Below, one piece after another: positions 13,036-27,200 of a DNA stretch of 64,000 bases. The notes beneath the pieces are model-generated. The model was given only the letters and a program-made list of their open reading frames with translations, was not told where the DNA came from and ran no database searches. The DNA is taken from contig NC_088860.1 in the NCBI RefSeq assembly GCF_963853765.1, positions 3,038,001 through 3,102,000 of the forward strand, read 5' to 3'. The first letter of the stretch is position 1. Each line of letters opens with the position of its first letter. The translations under genes and the position numbers were made by a program. This stretch comes from Magallana gigas. Its lineage: Eukaryota.

Positions 13036-13175
13036 NNNNNNNNNNNNNNNNNNNNNNNNNNNNNNNNNNNNNNNNNNNNNNNNNNNNNNNNNNNNNNNNN
13101 NNNNNNNNNNNNNNNNNNNNNNNNNNNNNNNNNNNNNNNNNNNNNNNNNNNNNNNNNNNNNNNNNNNNNNNNNNN
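13036..13175. other. Assembly gap (140 N)
   Basis: Run of N. Confidence 1.
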
Positions 13176-13292
13176 GCGCGGGAAACACCCCAAATTTCAC
13201 TTTTATGATCATGAATATAGACCACTAGCAACGTAGCTTGCCATAATATATTGAGTTTAGTTTCGTTTAGTTTCGTTTATTTTATTCCTTAA

Positions 13293-13736
13293 GGTCAGAC
13301 GACACGTTCCTCAGTTTTAGATAACTTTTTCCAGGAATTTGTTAATGGTTTACTACTACTTTGACAAGCTTTCTTGCAAAAAATTAGGGTACCTTACCAG
13401 GTATTTTTGCAAAATACTAGAGTATGCAATTTCCTATATAATCTTCTTGAAAATACACTTGAATTGCTGATATAAAAATAAATACATCTACAGCACAGCG
13501 AAACTCACTATATTAGAACTACATCTCCGCCGGGGCGGGGCTTTGAACTCACTTCTAGAACCTATACGCTTCTGGCACTGAGCCTCACGGTTCTAACCAA
13601 TCGACCATCTAGACATATACCAAATCCAAGTAAATTTTGATCATTTTTAAGGTAATTATAAAATTAATATTTTTTATTGGAACTCTTCGTTACGAGGAGA
13701 TACAAAAAAGATTCTCGAGAAACAAGTCGTCTGACC
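13293..13736. mobile_element. TTAA-flanked MITE (Kolobok/piggyBac-type target) with an internal tRNA-like segment
   Basis: TTAA|GGTCAGACGAC ... GTCGTCTGACC|TTAA with perfect 11-bp TIRs. Minus-strand box A TGGTCGATTGG and box B GAGTTCAAAGCC lie at about 13530-13610. Confidence 0.8.
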
Positions 13737-14648
13737 TTAAGCCAAATGGCTCGAGAGATTGGGTTTAAAACAGGTTTTAAACAGATTATTGTGAGAGAAT
13801 GAAATAGAACGAATTTAGCAGACTGTTAAATGTAGTTAACTTGAAGCTCTACTAATATAGAAAGATAAAGTGCCATCGCATTTTGATATACGGATTTATT
13901 AGTTGAATGCATGGATTATTTTATGGTTATTTGTCCAACCCACGCCCATCTGATTTAGATCTAGAAGCAGCTGTTGGCGTAACCTTAATTTGAAGTACTT
14001 TTTATTTCAGACGAATCTCTATCTTCATTACAGGTTATACTAAATGAGATTAAAATGAAAAATAACCAAACGGTGCTGATATACACTTTACAAAAATGCC
14101 CAGTACACATGGTACAACCAAGTTGTTACTTACGATCATTTGAGATAGTACGTCTCTGGAATATTCAGCATAAAACACCAGAAAATTTACGTTTCCTTCA
14201 ACTGTCGAGCGGAAAAAATATTCAGTAAATCATATTATCTAATAATTAGTGTGAATGTTTTAAAGTTAGATATTATTTTTCGATCATCGCTGAATAATTT
14301 TGTGACAACACAGGAAAAGATGTGACGTTTTCCGGGACCTATAGTATAGTAGATTTACGTGCACATCGTCTAATCAAGTAAGGTGTACGTATTTTAATTT
14401 TTTTTTTCATAAACTGAAGCACTGTAGTAAACGGGAAACAGGCTGCGCATCATCGAGTTCTTCAACTGATTTCTATATAATAAAACTATACAGCAGGATG
14501 TTTACTGTTAATTGTTCAATAGTGTATTAATTAAATTAAGTGTATAAAAATCAATTCATTATACATGTATTTAAAAAAAATCTGCTAAATATTGACTTAT
14601 ATAATATTAATAAAACTATACTATAATATATTATTATTGAGTGATATA

Positions 14649-14951
14649 CAACAGGAGGCCTAGGGGCCACATCACTCACCCGAACAACAATAGCCATAAA
14701 AAATCAGAAAGATTTAGACCGTCTATATAGTATCAAATACAAAATATCTAAATTTAGCTTCTTTTTTTATTTTCAATTTTTTCTAAACATATTATTAAGC
14801 GAAACATTGAGCTCCTTTTGTTGTTTCAATTTTTGAGAAGAGTGTATTTTAAAGATTATAAAGACTTCTGAAAAGTTTACAACAACAACGACGCAAATGA
14901 CAGAGAACAGAAAAATTCTTATTTGAGCCCTCAGTTCAGGTGAGCTAAAAA
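14649..14951. mobile_element. Probable Helentron-associated (HINE-like) non-autonomous repeat
   Basis: Starts ACAGGAGGCCTAGGGGCCACATCACTCACC and ends TCAGGTGAGCTAAAAA, with subterminal inverted CTCACC/GGTGAG. A partial second head lies at ~15090. Family assignment is from recollection of bivalve repeats. Confidence 0.5.
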
Positions 14952-15729
14952 TTAATTGTCAATTACTGTTTAACAAAAACATTATATTGTAAAAATCATT
15001 TTATTTCAACAGTTCAATATAGATATATCATAAGATCATACCAAACAAGTAAGACTATAACAACATCAGTCATAACTGTCGGTAAATAAAAGTCCCATGG
15101 GCCACATTGCTCACCAGTCATAACTGTCTGTATATAAAAGTCAGAAAATGTTGAACATGGCAACACACTCTGTCTGTCTGTCTGTCTGTATCATATAAAA
15201 ATAGGACAAGGCAACACCAGCAAAGTTAGACGTAACCATCTGATTGTCTGTCTGTATCGTAAATGAATAATAAACTGATGATCTCACACATCAAATATTG
15301 AGGTTTGTGTCAAGCATACTAAAATAATGATGCATAAAGTTAGAAACATTTTTGTTTACATGTCTGTCTGTATGAACATTTTACAAAATATTGAGACCAT
15401 CCTTATGATAAATCAAAAACTATTGTATATTAAAAAAATCCTCATGTATGACATAAAGATAGTAAATAAATATAGTTACAAGTTAGTCCATCAATAATTT
15501 CACTCATTGATCATTCAGAATTATGCTTATGAAAATAGAAACATGACTCAAAATGGCTGTTAATATTGATCACACAAATGACTTTTTCTTAAGATCACTT
15601 TCCTTACTATAATTGTCAGGAGGGAGATCGACTCATTCAGACCTTATTCCTGACCAAGGCTCTGGCTGAGATTGTGTACCGGTATAAGATGCTTGTTGGA
15701 GTTGTCTTTCTTCAGACTCTCACACACGT

Positions 15730-18700
15730 TCAGTGAAGCAAACTCTGAATTCTACGATCCATCGTTCTTTTCTCCATCTTTGAAATCTGTGTGGGGCTTT
15801 GTGAACCCATGAGTGACATGGATTTAGGGGAGCCGTAATGAGTGGGTGTGATGGAGGTCAAACGGACGCTGACGTCACTGCGTGCCGATGACAGGGCAGA
15901 TCTATGACCCGACACAGAACTCTGAGATATGGAGGACAACCTTGATCGCTGACCGGACGACACAGACAGGAAGTCATTCTGATCCCCACCTCCCAGTGTT
16001 GAAGAGTCTTGGGAACTCCCCGAGAGCTGGCGCTCGTAGGAGAAGCCCGGGGCTGGGCGGACCTGTAACCATGGAGACATACCCTGATGGAGGGACCTGG
16101 TTTCAGCTTTGTATTGTCGGTGAAGATGTTCTTGCGCAAGTTGTGGCACGGGAGAAGACAACCCACTGTAAAAAGCAAGATAAACAATATACAGTAAAGC
16201 TTGGTTACATAGAACACTTACAACGATATCAGTTGCATTACCCTTATATTAAAATTGAATTAAAAATCTATCAGAAAAAATCAAATCATGGTTATGACAA
16301 ATAAAGATATCCAAGGTGCTTCATTATAGCAATGTTCACTGTATACATGTAATAACTGAATCAGTGATTACATGTACAGATCATTCATATTTTCTGATGT
16401 ATCTCATAAATCAATGGATCAGAGAGAGGTGTGGGGGTACTGACCCTTCCAGCGTCCTGTAGGAGTTGTAGGGGGGTGAGGCGTTGGACCGAGGCACGTC
16501 CTCCTCCCGGTAATCTGAGGAGGGGATCTGTAGAACAGGGGGAGACTGAGGACCTGTCAGGGGAAAGAGAATAGGGAAAACGATCAGAGTGTTTAATATA
16601 TTATGCACAATTCATTGGATAGTAAGTACTAGCAATATGGTGACATAAAAAAGTTTGTTTTTTTTTAAGTATGGTTTCATAATTTTAAGCTCTGAATACA
16701 TTCTAATATTGTTCCCAATGGCATGGTTTTTAGACAGCATGGTTCATAGACATGAATTTGCCCTATTTTGAATTTACCCCAAAATCAGTGGTATAAATAT
16801 TCCTTTTTTATGGGTGCACAGTTATACCAGGAATCTAGCAAACCATATTAATTGTTTATGCTTATGCATTCTCAAATAATAAAATGGAGCCCGTCTACTC
16901 ACCTGGTGACTTGATTTGAGGCACTCTGAGGGGGGCTAAGTCTTTTGATGATTTCCGCGGTGGAGGGGTTTTGGGGAGATCCAGGGGGATGGGAGAGGGA
17001 GGTAGAGGGGACATTCTGGGGCCCATCACAGGGGGTAGGAGGTTACTTGAGTGACCGCTGACCCCAATGTGGTGGTTGTCGTGGTGATTGATGTCCTTGA
17101 TGATGTTGTACCCTGCATGAAGGTCATAATTTTCTTCGAAGGTTGTTGATGCTGATGTCTGCAATAAGTGTTAAATTCATCTGTCAAAACTTTATGCTCA
17201 TGAAAAATACTACATATATAAGAACTGAAAAAAGAAAACCTGTCAAACTCAATGAGATTCTATTGTGCCATGCATATTGAAATTATAAGCTAAAGTTTAA
17301 CATTAAACATGTAATCAATTTCCTGTAATAATTGTTAAGATGTTGATTTTGGTACATGTAGTTAAGTTTTAGTTTTACCTGTCGTTGTGAAAGTTTCTGT
17401 AATGAAAATAATTAAAAGTCCGATTAGTATCAATTGCACCCATTATATATTCTGGTGGCATAATTAATAGAGAGAATAAGAATTTTAGAGTAAAAGAATT
17501 ATTAGTCTTGTAAAAGACGTTTTTATCCTTGCTCAAAATAAATTGCTACAAATTTCCAAATTGAGAAACCAGACTTAGTTTGCCATTGTCAGTTGAAGTT
17601 TGTTAACAGAGAGTAGGTAAATTGAAGAAAAAAACAAGAAGACTCAGTTTGCTATTAATAGGTTAACATAATAACGCTGTTACCAGAGAGAGTAAAGTTA
17701 AATTTTAAGAGGTTACATCAGAAACAAAGATGGCCGCCTGACCTTTTTGTGTCTCCTTGACCTTTTCCTCTGTTTCAGCAGTCCTTGGTCATCTTCTTTC
17801 GTTTCGTCGAATGTGGACAGAACAATTTTTGGGACCGTGATGCTGGCGGGATTCTCCTGTTGAACTTTTTTACCTTCCTGACTCTGTGCTTTGGAGGGCT
17901 GCCGTGATTCCTCCCGTTTGGCCAGTTCCTTGAGGGATCTCTCTGAATTTGTCATGGACTTGTTATCAAGAGACCTCATTTCTATGGAGTCACTTGTGAC
18001 ATCAGAGGTAGGGGTGGAAGAAACTTTCCTGTTACGAGGACGGAACAGTTCCTTCAGCTTCCCGAACGGATTCCGCGTTGAGTCGCTCTTTTTGGCTTTC
18101 GGTCGCCTGTTCTGTACGTTACTTGATTTAATTCCCATCTTCTCCTCCAATAATCGAACGCATTCTGCCAATGATCAGGACAGACAACATAAATTGCAGT
18201 AATCAAAACATTCATTTAGTCTTGTATTTAGGATTTTAGAGCATATCTCCCACAAAGAATATATGTAGCATTGATGAGTTGTGTTAATACCAGTCCACTC
18301 TGCTGGTAATGTTTTTAATGAAATATTCGTTATAAAAGAAATCATTTATTGTGAAGATTAACAACACGACCATCTAAATTCTTTCTGTAATGACTAATGT
18401 GAGAGAAGCTCCATGTTGTTTTTTCATTTGCACAATACACATTTTAGTCAAGATGGTATGAATTTACAAATTGGTCCCCAAAAGGTCTGGGAACATGATA
18501 CCTGTACTCTAACTGTACATGGCTAATGCAGTACACAAAAGTGTTGTAAAATTAGAACTACAGTTGTCTCAAAATGTGCATCCTACTAACAGTTGACTGG
18601 ATAAACCTCTAAAAGTGGTTGACTGCTAAACCATTGAAGCCTACATTGTATGGGTTTTTAATACATAAAATCATATTGATCATATAAATGAAATGTCAAG

Positions 18701-21007
18701 TAAAGTATTGTAAAGACAGCTACGAAAGTACCTGTACATCTCTATTAATAGAAACCCATTAGTAACATCTTAATCTTTTGTATGTGTTTTGATACATGTA
18801 CAACATAGCTAGTTTATGTAATTTGCATAGTGAAATATTTGGTGAAAAGAAATCATATTTATATTACTGTAAATTCCTTATTTTACACGAGTACTTAATT
18901 CTGCAATCCTGCTGTTTTGATTCAAATAGAAAGAATATAAAATCGCGAATGAGAAATTTTTATCCTGATATATTATAGTTTTCAACTCTCAGAAAATAAA
19001 AAGCGAGATTCTAAAATCCGCAAAGGTTGCATCTGGCAATTTAACGTGAATATTAATTCCCGTGTTTCATTAGGAATCTACAGTATCTAATGAATTGTCA
19101 AGTAATGTTAACACCATGAGCTACAAAAGGATATATCTCTATCAATAAAACTAAATAAAAAGCGATGCAGCTTTAGTGTGACAAGACGTTCAGTTGTCCC
19201 TAAATTTGCGTACTATATCATTGACAAGCATTCCTCTTGAATAACCATATAAATGTGTGAGCGAGTGTCCTGAGTTCCCGTAAGATATTAATATAGTAGG
19301 AAAGAAGGAATATTGAAAACATATGGCTGCACCAGGAATCGAACACGGGACCCCTGTAACTCTAGTCAGGAGCACTACTACTGAGCTATCCAGGCCGATA
19401 TCCACAGTCCATATAGCCCCAACTACTACATTAACATTCTCGACCAATGATGTCAATTTAAATCAAGCATCCTAATAACCACGCACAGGAATGTCTGAAC
19501 AAGTTTCCCTGGTAACGTGGAGTCATAATGCATCCCAAAACAGAAAATAAACATCACTGACCGATTGATAATTGACATCTTGTTTGCTTATGAATAATGT
19601 AATTATAACTTGTGTAAGCTAGAGAACTTGAAGTAAGTTCTATAGAATCCCCCACTTTTAAATAACATAATGAATTGATATTGATTATTTTATCTTTGAT
19701 CATGGTGTATGACAAATGCACAACTCTTGCGGGACATTTTGATTTCTGCTTCAAAATCAATACTCTTTTGAAGTAGTTCAAATCTATCTATAATAAACAA
19801 ATAACAAGTGATTCATGAATCAGTGTTAAGGCCTTAAACACAGATAAATTATGATTTCTTTCCTTTGAGGTATGAATTAGACAGAAATCGATGTTTACTT
19901 GGTGTTATAATGAATCGAAGGTTTTCTTTTGAATAACTGCAAGTATTGTCACATGTTATTTGGAACCAGTTGGAACAGCGATGGTATTCATGTATTAAGA
20001 AATATGGTTGTTAAATACCAGTTTAGGACAAAACATACAGCAATATAACTTTAAATTTCATTACAATTACTACAGAATTGAAATAAATTTCATTAAACTA
20101 TGTTCTGTCGAATATGACTTAGCTGCAGTGTGTGGTAGCAAAACCTATCTGCTGGTTTATAATTTTGTTCAACTTTCATTTGGAAATTCAGTGGATTTGA
20201 GGTATAGGACATCTCATATTGTGACATTCAATCCCTAATGCAGTCTTTTTTATCGACAATCTTTATGCTCAACAGCACAATATGATGCAGCATCAGCTAT
20301 TTTTTATCTTTCAAAGAATTTTTAAAATGTATACTATGGTTAGAAATTGAACAATTTGAAAATTTTATTGCAGTGATTATGATATTTTGAATTTGATGCA
20401 CTTTATTCCACACTTACACTACTGTATATCTTAAGGTGTCCCACACCATTGAATAGGAAAAGATGTCTGTCTAAACATATGTCTCCCTTCATGTGAATTG
20501 AGTTTCCCTGGTGTTTGGGAGTGGAAGGGGGAGGGGGTCCTTACCTTTGTGACCTGTCTGTCTGGCATAGTCCAGTGGTGTCCCTCCCTCTATGTCCTGG
20601 GGGTTGGGGATGACCCCCATGTTCAAGAGAACACTGACACACTGGCTGTGGCCCATGGCTGCCGCCCAATGAAGTGGAGTTCTGTTAGACAACAAATGGA
20701 ATCTCCATGATAAAATGTACTCTGTCTGCATACTGTAAACGTACTACATTTGGCTGTGTATTCTATTTAGCGTTTCTGGTGGAATGCGCTTCCGCTAAAT
20801 CAAGTACATCATTAAAAGCCATGCATAAATATAAAAACAGTCACATTCAGGAATACGCTAATTCAAATCCACACCAACTTGTTCAAAAACTAATTTCCGC
20901 AAAATTCCGTACACGCCAAATTTAATATGTTTACAGTATACCAACACATTATTTTGAGTTGATTCTCTTTTTTTCTCTCCCTCTCTCTGTCCAGGATTGT
21001 TATATGA

Positions 21008-21063
<56 letters not shown>

Positions 21064-21185
21064 ATCAGGAGTGTTATCAGGACCTCTCTCTCCATCTTTG
21101 CTAGCCAATGGTTTCTCACAAACTTTGTGTGAGAAGCAGTGCGGGATCAGAAATGCTTGGCTTGCAAAGATTCTCTCTCTCTCTC

Positions 21186-21243
<58 letters not shown>

Positions 21244-24200
21244 TTACCTATCATCAGGGTCCTCTGCCTCCAGATCCATCCCCTCCACACTGGTCAGTTC
21301 TCGCAGCAACAGATAATGCCCGGCTGCTGCAGCATAGTGGGCAGCATTCTTACTGCTGTTGTCCAACTGGTTGGCAAGCTTGGGCCCCTTACAGCATTGC
21401 AGCAGAAGGTGACAACACTCTACACTGCCCTTCTGTTAACATGTGACACAAATAATTCAAATTCGGTGTTACTGAGCATGAAGTATTGTGGTGTCAAAAG
21501 CATATCTTATCAATGATGTGAAGTTGGGTTTTTTTAGTGTCATTCCCCCCCCCCCCCCACTTTTGTTGCAAAGTAAGACATAACCATAACCATAACCCTT
21601 TTTTTTATTTTTTGCTCATTCAAGATTTCTGACAAGTCTAGCCCCCCCTTTTAATTTGCTTCCAACTACTGGTGTATGAACTATAGCAGTGTTAGAAGCA
21701 TTGATTGGTCATACCTCGGCGACCCAGTGTAGCGGGGTTTTTCCGTCGATGTCTTGGGAGTACATGTTGGCGCCACTCATCAGTAGAAGCTGTAGGTGCT
21801 CCGGCCGATTGTGGAAGGCGGCCCAGTGGAGAGCAGTCATCTTCTACAACATACAGCATAGAGTGGTACATTAACTGTATTCAGAATATCTCTTGTAAGA
21901 CATTTTCTACAACATGTCTTAATGGAAACTATATTCCAAAAGTGATGTTTCAATTGTATCTTCTGAAAACCCTTTTTTAACAATCATCTTAGAAAATTTA
22001 ACATGTCTGAACAAAAGGTTCCAACTGAAAAGCTGTATTATTAATATTATGTATATTAATCATTATATTTAAAACCTATGGTATATTTGATTGTTTTCAC
22101 TGCTTTGTCATATAAACTCTATTGTTGACCCTTTTGTAGGTTAGAATTGTATCATAGTATGTTCCACTTTTTGACCTTTGATGATTTACCTTGACCTTTG
22201 ACCCTAACCTCAACAAATGTAAAATGTACAAATTCTTTCAATCAACTGTGTATAAAGTGATTCTATCCCCCATAAAATATAGTTTTTGTTGTGTTTGAAT
22301 CTTGTGACTGACCTCATTGTCATGTATGGCTACTTCTTCCTTTGACAGGGTCTGCAGCAAAGCCCCAATTATTCTGCAAGGGAATTAAGACTTTTACAAT
22401 AATGAAAACATTATTTCATATCCCACTTCATTTCACACTTTTAATTTTCTGATACATGTACAATTTTCCATGTTAATGTAACAATAATAATTGATATACA
22501 AGTTTATCAGATTAAAAGGCTACAATATTGCAGTGAGTGAAAACCAACCAGGCATGTGCCACAGTGGATATTAAAGGGGCATGGTCACGATTTTGGTCAA
22601 AAATTATTTTTCCGATTTTAATATTTACAATGCTTTAAAAAGGCATTTTTAATAGGCAACCAAAATTTGAGTGTCAGTTGTTGAGTTATAAGCAAGTTAC
22701 AGAGCTTGAAATTCTTGGATATGTAAACAAAGCATTTGTTTACATTTTGAAAGTTGAAGTAAAATTTCAGTTTTAAACCTAGAAATAATGAGTTAAATGT
22801 TAGGCACTGTTTATCAATGCCTAAAATAAATAAAAAGATAGACAAATAAGCTGGAAAAAGGTTTTATGCTGGTATATTGAAGCTATGTAAACAAAAACAG
22901 GGCACGAGACTTGTTTACATAACAAAGAATTGTGAGCCCTTTATCTTGCTTATAACTTAATGACTGACTCTCAAATTTTATTAGATCATTAGAAATGCAT
23001 TTCTAAAGAATTGTAAATAATAAAAACTTAAAAACAGAATTTGACCATAATCGTGACCATGTCCCTTTAAGGTGGTATGAGACACCTGTTGATATCAATG
23101 TGGAAAAAGTGCATTACCAAAATTCTTCACTGCTTTACAATTTTCAAATTTTATAATATTTGACTAAAAAATATGTTTTAAAACTTTTGGAAAGGTAAAT
23201 TCATAAAAGCCCCAGTGGGATTCAAACTCATGATTTACAGATTTGTTGTTAATGCTCTAATGCATTGCGCTACACTGTTAGTTAACAATTTTGGGAAGGA
23301 AAATATTGGTAAAATTATACTTGATTTTTTTTTTTTTTAGGAAGTTAGTCACAACATGCAGGTGGCCCATACCATCATCATACAGGAGAAGATTCAGGGG
23401 GAAAAACTCATGTCATATAAATTATAAATCATTTGCATTACAATGGTAAGTGTGTACCTGACATCCTTGTCATAAGTCGATGCATGAAGTGGAGTCCTTC
23501 CTGATTTCTCAGCAATGCTTTGTTTGGCACCTTTCCTCAGCAGGTATATAACTCCCTCAAACCAACCCTGTATATCAAAAACAAACTAACGGTACTAGAA
23601 CAACTCTTATAATCACATCATAAACACACAAAATGTAATCCAAACCTTCACCTGACAAATGATCCAAAAGTAAGTCACTCCATCAAATCAACCCTGTATT
23701 TAAGGACTCGGATAATCCCAATTATCCTACAGGTAAGTACCTTTCCCTTGTTTAATTGTTTAATTAAACTTGCTTTGTACTGGTAATAAATGGGGGTAAA
23801 TTAATTACTTAGTACCTTCAGGCCATGCTGACCAGAACCTAACCTGTGACTTGTCCGACTAGTCCAAGTACATGCTGATGGATTACTGATCGGTTGTAAA
23901 AAGAGAAATCACCACATCTTTGTCTAGTTGCTATGACAACCAAACTTGCTGAATCGCTATGATTTCAAAACCAAGCTCTATAACTATCATTAGGGTGGAC
24001 TTTTACCAATATATATATATATAATATATACATGTTATCGGTGTTTTATTGCTGTGGACACTGACTTGATACGTGGCTAGGGCCAGCGGTGTCCGTCCGT
24101 GGCAATCCTTGGTGTTGATGTTACCCCCCATCTTGATGATTTGTTTCACAGCTTCCATTTCCTTTGATTTGACAGCATGGGCCAGGGGAGTTAAACCTGT

Positions 24201-27200
24201 AAAACACCATATTAAAGTGTAAAAACTAATTTTATGTCATATTATCTCCAGGTATATAAGAGTAATATACGGTAGATATCATTGTCATATCATGAAGAGA
24301 CATGTATCTCACCTTACTCTGACTGAATACGTAATTAAAAACTTGTTTATCGCAAATTTCAAGAAACCAAGAAAGAATACTTCAAACAACTGTAAGTTAT
24401 AAAATTGATATTACCACCAATTACAAATTACAATTGCACTTAGTTTCACCTTGAATCATCATTATTTTTGAATTTTCTTTATATTATTTGAATATTTTAT
24501 TTGTACTTATGCATCTTATAATTTGATGGATCTTCATTTAATTTTGTTATGAAAAATATTTGCTATAAATATGATAAAACATGTTAAAAATTTTGCCAGC
24601 AGGGATCTAAAAATTACTTCATTATAGCCATAAATTCGTTATAGCAGTGTTTGTTATATACAGCAATTTTTTACAGGTTTATTTAAGAAACATTGCTGGG
24701 ACATGAACAAGAATTTATTATATCTATCTATAAACAAATTTCAAAAGTATACATAAGCTAGCCAGCCCAAAAAATTGCCACATTGTTCAATTGTTAAACA
24801 TGCATATATTTCTCTTTGTCTCTGAGAACTCTTGTAATACTCTAAATTGACAGAAATAGGATACCAAAAGCTGTTTTCCAAACTCATTTTTCTGGCATAA
24901 AGAAACACATTTCTTGGGTGTATTGATTATTTTTCCACCAACAACACAGGTAAGCTTTGTATTCAGAAATGAAACAGGATCTTTGTCATTGGTTTTTGAC
25001 TAGTCTTTTTATATGTAAAAGTCTCCAGGTATATTTATCATTTGACATTCAAAAAAACAATGTTAATGAATTGAATTGCTACAGAATTACTCCTGATATT
25101 TCATAGCACTATGAAATCATATAACATGGGACCAATTTTTGTGGATCTTCTATGGGGATGTCATTTCTTGGTTTGTTGCATGGGTAAAGGTAATGAATAA
25201 AGACCATTTTATTATTTTTCAGAATCCTCCTATTTAAAAATAAAAACAGGGATCCCCTCAAATGACCTTGACCTATTATTTTATCTCTATCAAATTATCA
25301 CCATCAGTATTTTCCTAGATATTTGATGGGTCAGTCTGAGAGACCCTGACAGTTAACAGATATTTTCTATTACCTTCACTGTCCTCGAGTTCGAGAGAAC
25401 TGGGGTCACCCTGAATGGCCTTCACCAGGGCGATGATCTCGCCTCTGGCTGCTGCTTTGTGGACTGGAAGCTGTGAGTCAGTGTCTACATCCGCATCAGA
25501 CCCCTCTGTAAAGACAAACAAATCTCAACAATTTAAGTCTGAGTGGCCCACTCTGAAAATCTGTGTTAAAAGTGTTAAATCAAATACCATATAGCTGGGG
25601 TTCTGTTGCATGTCACAAAATTTACAAAAAAGGGAAAAACTCTTTTTTTTTTTTACTTGTGTCTGACAGTAATTTTTTGTAATATAATAAGTTTTTTAAG
25701 GCAAAAAATAATGGATTTCTACATATCTAATATTTTGCAATATTTTCCAATGTAAAAGTTATTGCGAAAAACGCAAAAATTAGATCATTGGAAAATTTCC
25801 GCATACATGGTACAATTGATATGGTTGTATATTTAGATTGCCCTGGGATCACATAATATAACACCTCCGTTGAAAATTTAAAAAAGTACACTTTGAGGTA
25901 ATTTGAATCACATAAAGAAACAGGGAGAGAATGATAACATATCACATTGTGACCTACCAGGTACTAACGAAGACACACAAACAAAACCTCCCACCTTCTA
26001 TAATGAACCAATCAATGGAAGTGCGAGGCACGTAATTTCTGGGCACTTCTTGTTCATCTGTCGGTGAACATTCACTTTGTTCCAAGGATTGATACCTCAT
26101 ACAGAGGATGTCCTTTGAACTATCTTCTGCAAGTTCTTTCCCAGAATCCATCGGTCTGCGAGTCTATCCCATGATCCTCGACAAAATGTCGACTATCATT
26201 TCACTTTCCAATTTCTGTTTACAGTTGACAGTTTTAATCCCATGGACAGCCAAAACAACTGGGACATATCTTGTCAACATTGAAATAAACTCTTCAACAT
26301 TTATAAAGTAATCCTGTGAAATTTTGAATAAGTTGATATCATTCCTTTATTTCCTAATTTTAGAAACAAACTTTCTGAACTTGAAAATGATTTTGACTCT
26401 GTCAGAACCTCTTAACACAATAAAAAAGGAAACTCTTCGACACAGAAAGATTTGTTAAAGTTGTTTTGTACTTATAGCTTTTGTATGTATAATATTAACA
26501 TAATCTCTTTCTTCCAGAGATCTGTTAAGTAGGTATTAATTCTTCAGGTTCATTTAATATGATTAACAGGCTGACCATTAACAGTCAGACACCACTTGCT
26601 CTGGGTACCAGGAGTTGTTTGCCATTTCAACGTAATTTTCAGCTAGATTACTCACAATATATATGTTATACAGTATATTAAAGCCAAGATTTTGTACACA
26701 AATTGCTGCCTTTGACCCAGCAGTGCCTTTGATTTTTGAGATAAAGGTGGACTTTATACCGATTGATTGGTTGTTCCATGGTTAGATAATAGATTAAATG
26801 GATGACTGGTCAGCCATTATAACATTAACATATTAACCAAGTTTAATTCTGATAATCCCATTGTTTGATCCACCTGGGTTAATTTGAGGAGGTTACCCTC
26901 GATCTGTGACAAATTCCCAGTGTTGACAGTCTGTGTTCATGGTAGAAACATCAAGGGTATGTTCCAGTTCCAAGTGATTTATTCAAGTAAAATTCTCCAT
27001 ATTGCTGATGAAATTCTAAGAAATTCATTATAATGTCATCTCTCCAAGGACACCTGAGAGTCATTGATTTTCTGAGTATTTTAGTTGCATCGCACAAACT
27101 GCAGATTAAAAGTGACTAGTGAACAGACAAGCTCTTATTACACTATAAGAGATACTGCCTGAAGCGCTTGTTGTGCATATACAAGTGACTGTACATACAA

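Noticed and set aside
12922-13236. ORFs spanning X runs
   Set aside because: Artefacts of the N gap.
19324-19396. Functional tRNA gene
   Set aside because: D-stem and anticodon stem-loop are non-canonical, so it was treated as tRNA-derived.
20890-21516. ORFs with SLSLSL or ERERER runs (also 52275-52650)
   Set aside because: These are translations of (CT)n/(GA)n microsatellites or antisense shadows of ANKRD55 exons.
25954-25960. Strong GTAGGT donor at the end of the 26151 ORF as the ANKRD55 junction
   Set aside because: It is phase 2 and would create TGA when joined to the 25505 exon. Only the weaker phase-1 donor at 25995 is compatible.
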